Below are positions 27,645-37,648 of a DNA stretch of 64,000 bases, one piece after another; position 1 is the stretch's first letter; the number at the start of each line of letters is the position of its first letter. The translations under genes and the position numbers were made by a program. Under the pieces are notes generated by a model. It was given only the letters and a program-made list of their open reading frames with translations, had not been told where the DNA came from and ran no database searches. Source of the stretch: Lama guanicoe (lineage: Eukaryota). Location of the stretch: the NCBI GenBank assembly GCA_013239625.1, contig MU054037.1:498001-562000 (forward strand), written 5' to 3'.

Positions 27645-27831
27645 CGGTGTGTTTGTGAAGCTGCGGGACCGTCACCGCCACCCTGAGTGTTACGTGTGCA
27701 CCGACTGTGGCACCAACCTGAAACAGAAGGGCCATTTCTTTGTGGAGGATCAAATCTACTGTGAAAAGCATGCCCGGGAGCGGGTGACTCCACCCGAGGG
27801 CTACGACGTGATCACCGTGTTCCCCAAGTGA
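27645..27831 (+). CDS. PDLIM1: PDLIM1 exon 7 coding part, LIM domain to stop
   Basis: gtag|[65 protein letters not shown] Cys/His spacing intact. Confidence 0.97.
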
Positions 27832-28154
27832 GCCGGCCGGTCTGCACCGAACGCTGTTCTCCGTCGAGCCCCTGCTGCATCCTGTTCTCTAAAAGCTTTG
27901 GCCTCTTTTCTTGAAAGTTCTCACTTTGGTTTTATCCCTGCTCATTAAACATCGCGTCCCCCTTTGCCTACTGACGCACACTGGCTGTGTGATGCCCGCT
28001 TTTATAATTGGGGGAAGGTTGTTTTGTCCAGTGTTCCCTCGCCAGCATCACCATGTCTTCTCTTCACCTCCATTCATCTCTGCTGCCAGTGGACATCAGC
28101 CAGATTTGAACCCAACCAAACTGACTACGTCCGACAATGATTTCGTTTTTACTC

Positions 28155-28160
28155 AATAAA
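28155..28160 (+). terminator. PDLIM1: PDLIM1 polyadenylation signal AATAAA
   Basis: AATAAA ~325 nt after the stop, followed by a GT-rich downstream element at ~28184-28200. Confidence 0.8.
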
Positions 28161-29914
28161 TTAATGGACTCTAAGGCAATGCGGTGTCTCTTTACTGTGT
28201 GACCATGTGTCCTGTTTCCTGTCTCAAGCCAGGTGAGATTCCTGAGGCCTCTCCTCTTGTTCTGGGGTTCGCACTCCTCCAAGATTTGCAGGCCTTTTCC
28301 TTCAAGTGTGAGAAAACTGGCATCTGAACCAATTATATTCTTACATTTCTTCAAAGCTTGCTCCAAGTTCTCGTTCTCTGATGCTAATAAGTTAGTTATG
28401 TTGTAATGAAATGTTTTCTTTACATCTGGTTGCTCTGGGACCTACCTGAGGAAATGACTGGGGAGCTTTACCAGTTGGCCTTAAAATTCTCCCCAAAAGC
28501 CTATCTCCAGGCTGGTTTGCTGCCACTACAACCCTGCTCTTTTTTGAAGGGAAGCAAACTCAAGAATGTGTCCAGCAGCACTAAACCTGCAGATTGCTCA
28601 GGGAGGTGGCAAATGCCTCCTCCCCAGCGAAGAGACTGGGAACCCTGGCTATTAAGGGGCCTTGAGTCAGAGATCTGAAGTCACCATAGGTCATTGCTTG
28701 GTGACTAATCACTAGTGGAGTCATTTACTCAAACAACGGCACCCCCATTGCTCTAGAAACAGACTACGCCATTTGTTAAGAGAGAGGGACAGGTCACTCC
28801 ACCTGCCTCCCTTCCTCAGAGCAAATCTACCCTTAAGCAAGTGTTCATCACCTTTGCTGAGGAAGGGCCTCGCTTGTCCGTGTTCAACAGTAAGGATTCT
28901 AGGTAGATGGCAGTGCTAGGATTTCACACTACAGACCTCTGAAGCCTGGGCATACTGCAGGCAGTTTAGACAGGCGCAGTTCTCATCTACAAAACCTGAA
29001 GCAAAACTTTCAGGCAGTGACATCACGTTGTTAGGTAATTAAGTGGGGGCACCAGGCAGACAGGTGGTGGAGAGAGAGGATGGTCTGGAAGATGGTGTTA
29101 TGCCCGCCTCCAGCATGAAGGGACTTTACTTCGTCTAAATGAGTGCCAGCAAAAACAAACAAAACAAAACAGAAAAACTGAATAAAACCCAACAGCGTCG
29201 ACTGCATGGTATCAGAAAAGACTTAACCGGACATGACCAAGTTTCATTGTATTATAATGAACATTGTGGTTTAGCCCCCTGCCCCGCCATGGGTTTTTCT
29301 GTGTACACCATGGGTAAGGACATGCGCAAAGGGGCCAAACATGACTAAGCATTCCAGGGACAAGAGCCGTCAGTCAATCAATAGACCACCTCTAAGCGAG
29401 GATGTAAGAGAAAGGGGAACAAAAGCCTCTGCCTTTTTCCTCCCTTGGATCAGCCCGTCTCCCATGCTTGGGGGTGTACTTTTCCTTTCCTTTTAAATGA
29501 ATCTTTGGAAATTTTTCGCTACACAACGCACGGTAACAACTCCATACTTGTCTTTCAGGTATGACAAGAACTGGGGTCTTTCCCTTTTGGGATGACACAT
29601 TGTGGCCTTTTTTCAGTTGACAATTTTTTAAAAATCTTAATTTCTAGTGAAAAACCAAGAAGTAAGTAATTATGAACTGTCTTTTATATTAGCATTCTGT
29701 AGAATGCCAAACTTACAAACACTATAATTTCTTTAAAAAATGTGCTAATAGTGAAAATTGAAAAGTGTGGCACTGAATATTAATAGTGCTAAATAGCTTT
29801 AGTTTTTCTGAAAAAGGAAGCCTGTATTCACTAATTAATGTATTAATATCTTATTTTACTTAGGAATGATCTAGATATTCGATAAATTTTCATCATTTAA
29901 CTTAATTTAGGAAA

Positions 29915-31812
29915 ACGATGAAATAAAATTCATATTTTAAGGGAAGACAAAGTTTAAACATAACCTTTTTTTCTCTGTCCTTTTGGGCCTCTTCCTCATG
30001 GTATGCATTGTAAAATGATTACGCGTTGACCAGATCTCTCTAATGGCAGAAATACCTGCTCCATCATATAGAGATCAATTTTCTTCTTCTGGCATCCCCC
30101 ATGTAACTTCTTCAAAGATGTGTGCATTCCTCAGCCCTGTAAGGGGTCAGGATGACCCACCGCTTGCCTTGTGGTGCAGATTCTTTGGTGAACTTTATAT
30201 AAAATGTCAGTCTATCATTTCCCTTAACGTTGGTGATTGGTACAGAACAGACCAGGTCAGACGACCTGAGGATATGCTGGGCTGCACCTAGTGGACTTTC
30301 TCAGCTTAAATTCTTACTTATGACCTTGTTAATGTCACTAGTTACATTACTTGTATTCTGCCTGTTTTACCAGATAATTGTTTCTTGCATTACCAAATGT
30401 GTGACTAAGTCTCTGATAAAAATAGCGACAACTAGGCGACTTGAAACGACTGACCAAATATATAATTCTGTCAGACCAATGATTGCAATGGTGTTACTCT
30501 AGTAATGGGAAGAATTAACAAGAGGGAACTGTTTCCTGGACCATAAGACTAGTAATGAGATAGGAGGGAAGGGGGCAGAGCATGACCATTAAAAGAATGA
30601 CACAGCAATTAACACCACAATGGTGGAAGATTCAACTCCCAGTAGACCTCGAGTTTCAATATACACTCACTGAAATACAGTAGCATGCCAAGTGGTACTC
30701 CCACAGGTGCCAGGACTGTTTTAAGGTTGACCATAAACAGTCAGAGGGTGGGTGATGGTCCAGTTCCTGAGAATTCCACACCCTTCCCCAAAGTAGTTGG
30801 AATTATCCTCCCACTTGTTAGCGTCTGAAGTTACCGAGCCCATAAAAACTAACAACTTCCACACTTCCTGTCCACTCTCCATTCTGAGTGAGGCTGACCA
30901 CACTGTCTATAGAATATGAATCTGCTTTTACTTTAAACTTAGCACCCAATCCCCACACCTCGTGGCTTTTCTCTTGCCTTCTGAGATGGCCTGCACTCTG
31001 TATGGAGTATGTATCTCTCTGAATAAATCTACTTTTGCTCAACTGTGGCTTGCTCTTGAATTGTTTCTTGTGGGAAGCCAAGGACCCACACTAGGCAGGG
31101 TGCATCACAGGGACTCACCTGAGACCTGGGACATGACCATCCTCTCGCCCCACATTTTTCCTGTATCAGTACGACTGGCAGTCCAGAGGCTTTGGGCTAC
31201 TGTTAACAGGGACTAGTCAGTCCAGGAATAGCACAGTGAGTGGCCTATCCACCAACTCCTGACCTGGGAGTGAGGATTTCTAGTGCCATGGTACAAATTA
31301 TTTACGAAACACATCCCAAACATTGGCGGAAATTAAGAACAAAAGAAAGGAGATTGTAAAGAATTTTGCCCACCATCCAGTTCTACAAATCATTAGCTAC
31401 TGCAGTCACTGACCTACAATACAACCTGAAAGAAGTTCAGGGTGAAGATCAGAATAAGGCACTTGGTGCCCTGGGAAAACTGACAGAACCAGCCCTCAGA
31501 TAGTTAGCTATTTCCAGAAGAAAATTTTATGAACTCAGTTTTCTTGCATCTTCCCATACTTAGAAAAGCACTAAAACCATAAACCAAGATATCTGTTCCT
31601 TGCAGATAGCAGTAACCTACCAAGATGTGTCCTTGATTGCACGTACCCGTCTTCACCAAAATCACATGTATACAGGCCTCTCCACTTACCTCTTTGGAAC
31701 AGTCCTCAGTGCTTTCTGAAAGACTGTCTCCTGGATTAAAATCCTCAGGTTGGCTCAAATAAAATGTTCCATTTCTTTGTTAGATTGACTATTGATTAAT
31801 TTTTCATCAACA
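29915..31812 (+). mobile_element. ERV1-class LTR-like element (outer), split by an inner LTR
   Basis: Ends ...ggctcaaataaaatg...tttttcatcaaCA; includes an env-TM-like stretch at 30300-30440; 5' boundary approximate. Confidence 0.55.
30556..31168 (+). mobile_element. Solo LTR (inner, ERV1-class)
   Basis: TGAGATAGG...CCTGTATCA imperfect terminal inverted repeats; AATAAA at ~31022; flanked by gtaa/gtac, a degenerate 4-bp TSD. Confidence 0.75.
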
Positions 31813-32235
31813 TTAAAATTTCAAGTTACCAGTACGGTTTGGAGAAACTATTTTTAATTAGCTATACCATAAACATAATTATTCTTAAAGAGTTAACCTA
31901 AAAATGCTCAGCTCATCCCATTTACTTTTTATTTACCTGTTCCCAACTTATGTTTAGATTAGCAATGAAAATGTTGTGAGACAAAGTCAGCCATCACCCC
32001 GAGCTGTTTTTCTTGCTGACAAACGTAACAGAGATAACATGAACTGATTTGACCATCAAACCCAGGTAGCATAAAATTTCTATTTTTTAATGTTGATAAG
32101 TCCGAAGACATGTCTATTTAAATCAATAACATTAAATTTGCTTTTATTTACTAGAGATTTATCTTAGGTCACGTGAACTTGAAAAACAATTGGGTTAGTT
32201 TTTATTACATTTAGAAATATTTAATTCATAAGCAC

Positions 32236-33126
32236 TTTTTTTTTTTTTGGCGCTGCAAAAAGCTTGTTGCCATTGTTTCCATTTGGTCCAAGGCTTGGGA
32301 GAGGGCTCCAGGGAGGTTAAAAAGCTGCCTGGTGACTGCAGAGAGAGGCTTCAGGCAGAAGCCCCAACACCAGAGGGGCTCCGCAAAGGTTGCTGGGTCC
32401 TGGAGGTTCCTAGTCGTCTCGAGTGTGAGCCTTTTGAAAAGATACTCACCCAGCCCAGCCTGGGGACCAGCCGGCCTACGGGGTCAGTCAGGTGGTCGCC
32501 ATCTTCTTGATGAGTTTCATCTCCACCTCCAGGAAGCGCCTCTCCCGGAAGTCACAGAGATGGGGGTCTGTGTGGGCAGAAGCCAGGGCATGCAGATCCA
32601 AAAGGGCCTGGTTCAGGTTCTTCTCCGTGACAATGGCAGCTTCCACAGCGTCCTGGGTTTTACCTCACTCATCTTCTGCACGTCCTGTGAGAGGCTGCGG
32701 CGCTGGCTTTGCATTTTCAAGAGACGCTCGGTGCCCTCACGCTTCTCCTCAGCCAATTCACGGAAAAATGCCCTCCAGAGCCACATCGTCGCGGTCGAAA
32801 CAGAAGCCCAGAGAGAGGTAGGTGTAGGAGGCCCACAGATGCATGTTGACCAGGCGGCTGACGGCAGCCTCCACCTTAGTGGAATAATTGTGATGAGTCT
32901 GGGAGTTCATGGTTGATCGGTAATAAGGAGCTAAGCTCACAAAATGGTGTTGGCTGGTCCCGGAGGCCGAGGATAGCAGTGTGGCTGGTTCTGAAGGTTG
33001 CGACTGGAAAAAAGGTTGAAGGCTGGTCAGAGGCTGGAGCAAGGAGCGTCCCTGGGTTCCCTGGGTCTGTTCTGTCCAAACACTGTTGAAACAAGAGACA
33101 GATCCGTGGGACCACTGAGCGCATTG
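32236..33126 (-). pseudogene. FTL: Processed ferritin light chain pseudogene (full 5' UTR, CDS 32910-32410, 3' UTR, poly-A)
   Basis: [47 protein letters not shown]; no introns; poly-T at 32236-32248; frameshifting deletion after LEG and TGG>TGA; possible short TSD cataag (32227-32232 / 33127-33132). Confidence 0.96.
33066..33100 (-). promoter_or_regulatory. Degenerate iron-responsive element of the FTL retrocopy
   Basis: Minus strand TCTCTTGT-TTCAA-CAGTGT-TTGGA-CAGAACAGA; CAGTGT loop at 33080-33085; bulged C replaced by T at 33091. Confidence 0.9.
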
Positions 33127-33194
33127 CATAAGTGAAGTTTTCTTCAGTCAGATTTTGGGTGAGGGAGTCTCTCCGCAGTTTGTACTTGTACATA

Positions 33195-33880
33195 TTTTTA
33201 AAATTTTTATTTATAATGGAGGTGTTGCCGAAAGATCGGCCCCCGTCCCTGATGAGACGAATAACACAGAGGGAGGGTCTTAGAGTTTAGAAGAAGAGGC
33301 AGCTTTACTGCTTTGCCAGGCAAAGAGGACTCACAGCAGGCTAGTGCCTTCAAAACTGTAAAACCACCGTAGGGTCTGGGCTTAGTGATTATATAGTGAA
33401 CAAATTGGGCATAAAAGGTGATGTTAATCAACGAGAGTCTCTGGTGAAGCTTCTTCCTAAATCAGTGAGTCTGTCCAGCATCCTGGGACCGTCCAGTGGT
33501 TGGAGGGTCATAGCCCGCGACCTTCTTTATCTGATCAGACTCATCAGGTGCCAGGAGGGACTTTGGAGGGTCTGGTCGTTCTCCTGAGAGCAATGTCCCG
33601 TGGCTCCCTTCCTAGGGGAAAGACTCAGAATCCAAACGTGATTGTAAGGTAAAACAAACGGGGAAATCAATAACTTTAGCTTTAACAATGGGCCTGGGGC
33701 TGGGAGCAGTGTCTCTCGTCAGTCAGGTTTGCTGATCATTCTAAAAGCAAGCAGTAAGCATAAAACCAAGAATTAGTTAGCCTGAGCATGGCCATTTTAT
33801 TATTTCTCCTTCCGAGGTGCTGGGGAATTGAACCCAAGACCTCGTGCATGCTAAGTGAGCACTCTACCACTGAGCTGCAA
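33195..33880 (-). mobile_element. vic-1-like SINE split by the LTR (33195-33222 + 33814-33880)
   Basis: ttataatggagg joins tgctggggaattgaacccaagacctcgtgcatgctaagtgagcactctaccactgagct once the LTR is removed. Confidence 0.85.
33223..33813 (-). mobile_element. Solo LTR inserted into a SINE
   Basis: Exact 4-bp TSD GAGG (33219-33222 / 33814-33817); plus strand starts TG; minus-strand AGTAAA poly-A signal at ~33304-33309. Confidence 0.8.
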
Positions 33881-34933
33881 TAAATATTGAACAGGGTAAG
33901 TGTGCTGAGAGAGGAATATTTAAGATTCTATTGGGTCATACCTTAGACATTAAGAAATAATTGAGTCAATCGTAGTAAATGTTGTGCTCTGCTGTCCAGG
34001 TTTCTCACTAGGACTGAAGGAATTATTCCTTCAGCTCTGGGGAACACTGTTCAGACAGCACTCGGCTGTCAAACTTTTTCAGGAATTACCTGCACTGCCC
34101 GGTCACCTTGCAGGAGCTCATGGCCCCTTCTCAGTGCCGTCCGTAGTCAATGACTGGCCCAATTCTCAATAGCCATGCCATTTTTAGAGCTCCTCTTGGA
34201 GTCAGCTGAGATCTTTTTTGGAAATGTCTCTCTTTATTCAGTTGTAGCCCCTCCCTCTTTTTCCACAGCAGTTTGTACTTTTAAAAGCCTCCCCACCCCT
34301 CTCTTGTTGGTCTCAGGTTCTATCTGATGGAGTTAACTAGGCTCAGTGTCAGGTCGTTGTGGGCTCTTTACATTTCTGATTTGTAGAGATTTGCCAGACC
34401 AAAACAGTTGCTTTTAATTTCCCCAAAGAAGTGGGCTGCTGCCAAAATGATATCGAAAGATTGATCTGCCCAGCTACATTTTCTTTAATTTGCTTGCTAT
34501 ATCAGCAGGAAGATTTCAGACTAAAACGGAAATCAAAGGATGTCTATGTGCTAGAAGTTCAGGGTTCAGTGTACCATGCCTTCAAATGCACAAGGCATTT
34601 AACAAAGGCCCTCTTTCTGAACACACAAGTCAAACCTAGATGAAGTTACCTGGGAGTCAGAGGCTCCATTGTTGCTTCTATTAGCCCCTGAATGTTGGCC
34701 CCCATTTTATACTCCACACTCCATGGGCTCAGATAACCCTACTGATTCCCTTTAGTGTATTCAATTAACATTGTCTGAAGGGCAGATTTATAAGCCCTGT
34801 TGTATAATACCAGGCAGGGGAAGCATTCCCCAGTGAGACATCATGTCTGTCCTCACAATATAATCAGGCAAAAGAGATAAGACCATCTTACATAAAGCCT
34901 GTTGAGATACACCAATTTTCTTAGAAACTGTTG

Positions 34934-35920
34934 TGTGACACTACGCGGCAGCCAGTCTGTGGCATGGTGATGTGCAGGTTGGTAAAACAATTTACCAGAG
35001 ATAAAATATGAAAATAGGATGGAGTTTATGAGGGGGGCACTGCTATAGACAACGGCAGGCCACATAGACGGAGAGGTGCCTGTGTGAGCACTGAGGAACA
35101 GTTGTTGGGGTGTTTTATAAGGTTGGGTCCCAAGGTGCCTGATTGGCTTGTGCACAAGTCTCTGACTGGTTGTAGGTGAGGTAAGAGGTTTAGGGTCTGT
35201 GAAGGGCAGTGGGGTCTATGACCCCTGATGATCTGGGCTGAAACAAGCCAGGCTGAGCTATTGTGAGATTAGGGATTACTTAGGGCCATTAGTTTGTTAG
35301 GGCAAACACACCCAGTAAAGGATGTACTTTATCTGCTGAGGGCTCACAGGTGGATGTCTGAGAGCCCAGGAATGGGGGTGGTTGGACTTTGAAGGACGTC
35401 AGTTGGCCCACCATACACTTCATCTCAGTTCCATCAACTCTTCTACCTTTGACCTTAGCCTCCATTTGGACCTCATCAACAAGTCTCAGTCTTACAAGGA
35501 TTCCCAGAAATGTTTCCTGTTTATCCGCCCACCATTGAACCCATTCCTGTATGAAAGGCTCTGGGGGTCCCAGTGAGAGGTCAGACCAAGGCACTAAGGC
35601 TCTTTTGTCAATCTTGACCTTAACTAATCGGCCCAATTGTTGCCCCAGGCATTTGTTATCAGATTTCTCAATGTAAATCTTTTTCCCTTCTAGCTTCTAA
35701 AGTTTCTCCTGTAAATTTAAACTTTAAATTTCTGAGGTAAATAGAGCGGGCTTGCTTGGGGTCCTTTAATGTTGAGGGGACCAACAAGGGGCCCTCTTGG
35801 CTCATCCAGCCTTCGGCAGTGCTGTAGCAAAGCCTTTGTCTTAATCCCATCAATGTCCGCTTTATTTATCTCATTTCTTAACCATCTCAAGATTGCCATC
35901 CCAATGGGGCAAGTCTCATG
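34934..35920 (-). mobile_element. ERVL-class remnant: LTR (~34934-35290) plus gag/protease fragments
   Basis: Minus ORFs ILRWLRNEINKADIDGIKTKALLQH (ERVL gag C-terminus-like) and PEPFIQEWVQWWADKQETFLGIL (protease N-terminus-like). Confidence 0.6.
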
Positions 35921-36433
35921 ACTTTCCCCTTAATAACACTTTCTAGTCCCTTGTTAATTAACCTAATTTTTTATTAGCATCTGTAAGACCCTTTGAGGAG
36001 AAGCTGAGACCACAAATTCAAATAGGCTTCCTGAACAGGGTTTGTTTGATTGTTTGTTTGTTTTAACTAAGGGAGTTCTTAAAGTCAGCCATTATATTTC
36101 TCTGTATCCACCTTTTAATGTGATCTTTCCATAGGTACCAATAAAATAGCTGTTTATAATGAGAGCTCTCTAAAAATTTACCAGGTTTGAAGAGTTTTCC
36201 AATTTAAAGGATCCATCATCTAAGCATCGACAAGTAGGATCTTAACAGCGACCCAAACCAGTAAGACAGGATCCTCCAGGGGAAACATTTGGCTTTCATT
36301 CCATTCCCTCACTGTTACTGAAAAGTGTGTCCAGTTAGCAAAGCTTGCCTTACTTTTCAGGTAAATTAAAACCAAGAGCGTGGCAGTATTCTTCAGTGAA
36401 GTTCCTGAATGCTCAGCTCTAATTACCTAATAT

Positions 36434-36517
36434 TCTTTTTTTTTTTTTTTTAATGAGGCTTGAACTCAGGACCTCAAGCAGGCTAAGCATGAGCTATACC
36501 TCCCCACTCCCCGACCC
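36434..36517 (-). mobile_element. Internally deleted vic-1-like SINE
   Basis: Poly-T, gaactcaggacctcaagcaggctaagcatgagctatacctcccc; TSD aatattctt (36429-36437 / 36518-36526). Confidence 0.8.
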
Positions 36518-36558
36518 AATATTCTTAAAAGGATTCTTTAATCAATCCCTTGTCAAAG

Positions 36559-36692
36559 GTGGGGAAGGTATAGCTCAAGTGGTAGAGTGCACACTTAGCA
36601 TGCACAAGGCTCTGGGTTCAATCCCCAGTACCTCCTCCAAGAAAAAATTAGACTAATTACCCCCACCTCCTCACCCCACAAACAAAACAAAA
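36559..36692 (+). mobile_element. vic-1-like SINE
   Basis: ggggaaggtatagctcaagtggtagagtgcacacttagcatgcacaaggctctgggttcaatccccagtacctcc; (CAAAA)n tail; TSD-like atcc(c)ttgtc. Confidence 0.9.
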
Positions 36693-37370
36693 CATCCTTG
36701 TCCAATAAGAGATTTAACAGTATTTGGGGACTACAATATTTTCCATTTCTTCTTCCTTTGATTTCTCTTTCTCACCCCAGTGTAACAAATTGCTACAGGT
36801 TTTTTACCAAAGTACTGTAGCAGTGTTTTGGAAATGAATTGTCTTGCATTACCGAAAGTGTTCAGTCACATTATAGCGGGTCTCATTTGCACTTAACTAG
36901 GAGAGTTATCACCAGATCACGTCTTCTTCAGTGATGTTGAGCTCAGCATAGTCGATCTATCCGTCATTGTTCTTGTCATCGTCTCTCAAAACACCACCTA
37001 TTAAGCTGATCAGTTCATCTTTGCTCATTGGTGGCGCCTGTTCTTTCCCTCCCTCCTCCTGGACATGAATGATATCTGTGGAGAGTTTTGGGCCGTCAAG
37101 CAAATTCTTGCTGTCATAAATCATGCATTTTGAAATAATGGAGCTGCAGTGCTTGTGAGGATGTCTCCACCTCTGGTTTGTTGACAACACCTCCTAGATG
37201 CTCCATTTTATGCCCTTGGTTGTGCTCTGTGTTTTTATCCAGGCCCTTGCTACCAGGATGGGAGAAGCTGGTCCCCTGGCTCCCTCGCCCTGGCACCTGC
37301 TGCAGAGATGGCCCAGAGCAGGCTGCACGGGAAGGGGGTTCTGAGCAGCCGCAGAGGTGCTCACAGGTAC
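36693..37370 (-). pseudogene. MCFD2: Processed MCFD2 pseudogene (CDS ~37364-36925 plus part of the 3' UTR)
   Basis: [15 protein letters not shown] / [33 protein letters not shown]...[10 protein letters not shown] / YDSKNLLDG...[33 protein letters not shown]. No introns; ATG>GTG; frameshift at ~37120; premature TAG at 36957-36959. The 3' UTR may continue left of the SINE. Confidence 0.93.
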
Positions 37371-37470
37371 CTCTTTAAACCTCCTTCAGCACGGAGAAAA
37401 GAACTTATGGTGAATTTTAAGTGCTGGTTTCATTCTCAGCTGAAAGCCATTGTCAAAGACTCTCCAAGGC

Positions 37471-37648
37471 TTGAAAATAGAGAGTGAGGTGAAGCACTGC
37501 CATGCTGAGGGCCACTGGGACCACATGCCCAAGCTGGTCTGGCAGATGCAGACCCTAGGCTTGCTATATGGAGGCTGCGATGAGCCGGCCTGTGATGCAT
37601 TCGATGAGCCAAATGCAGTGTTCACCTCTCTGGACACTGGCAAGTGAG
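37471..37648 (+). pseudogene. TTC7A: Decayed copy of TTC7A coding exon 1 fragment with remnant of its splice donor
   Basis: LKIESEVKHCHAEGHWDHMPKLVWQMQTL...PNAVFTSLDT versus recalled human TTC7A [29 protein letters not shown]...PSAAFTFPDT. Confidence 0.85.

Noticed and set aside
32332..32916. 194-aa plus-strand ORF
   Set aside because: Antisense shadow of the GC-rich FTL pseudogene CDS; no independent gene signals.
36405..36413. ctgaatgct as left TSD of the MCFD2/TTC7A retrocopy (also at 37649-37657)
   Set aside because: No poly-T follows it and a 9-mer match could be chance; the retrocopy's 3' boundary is unresolved.
36559..36640. tRNA-Ala-like sequence as a real tRNA gene
   Set aside because: Has a SINE tail, a TSD and several dispersed copies in the window, so it is a SINE.
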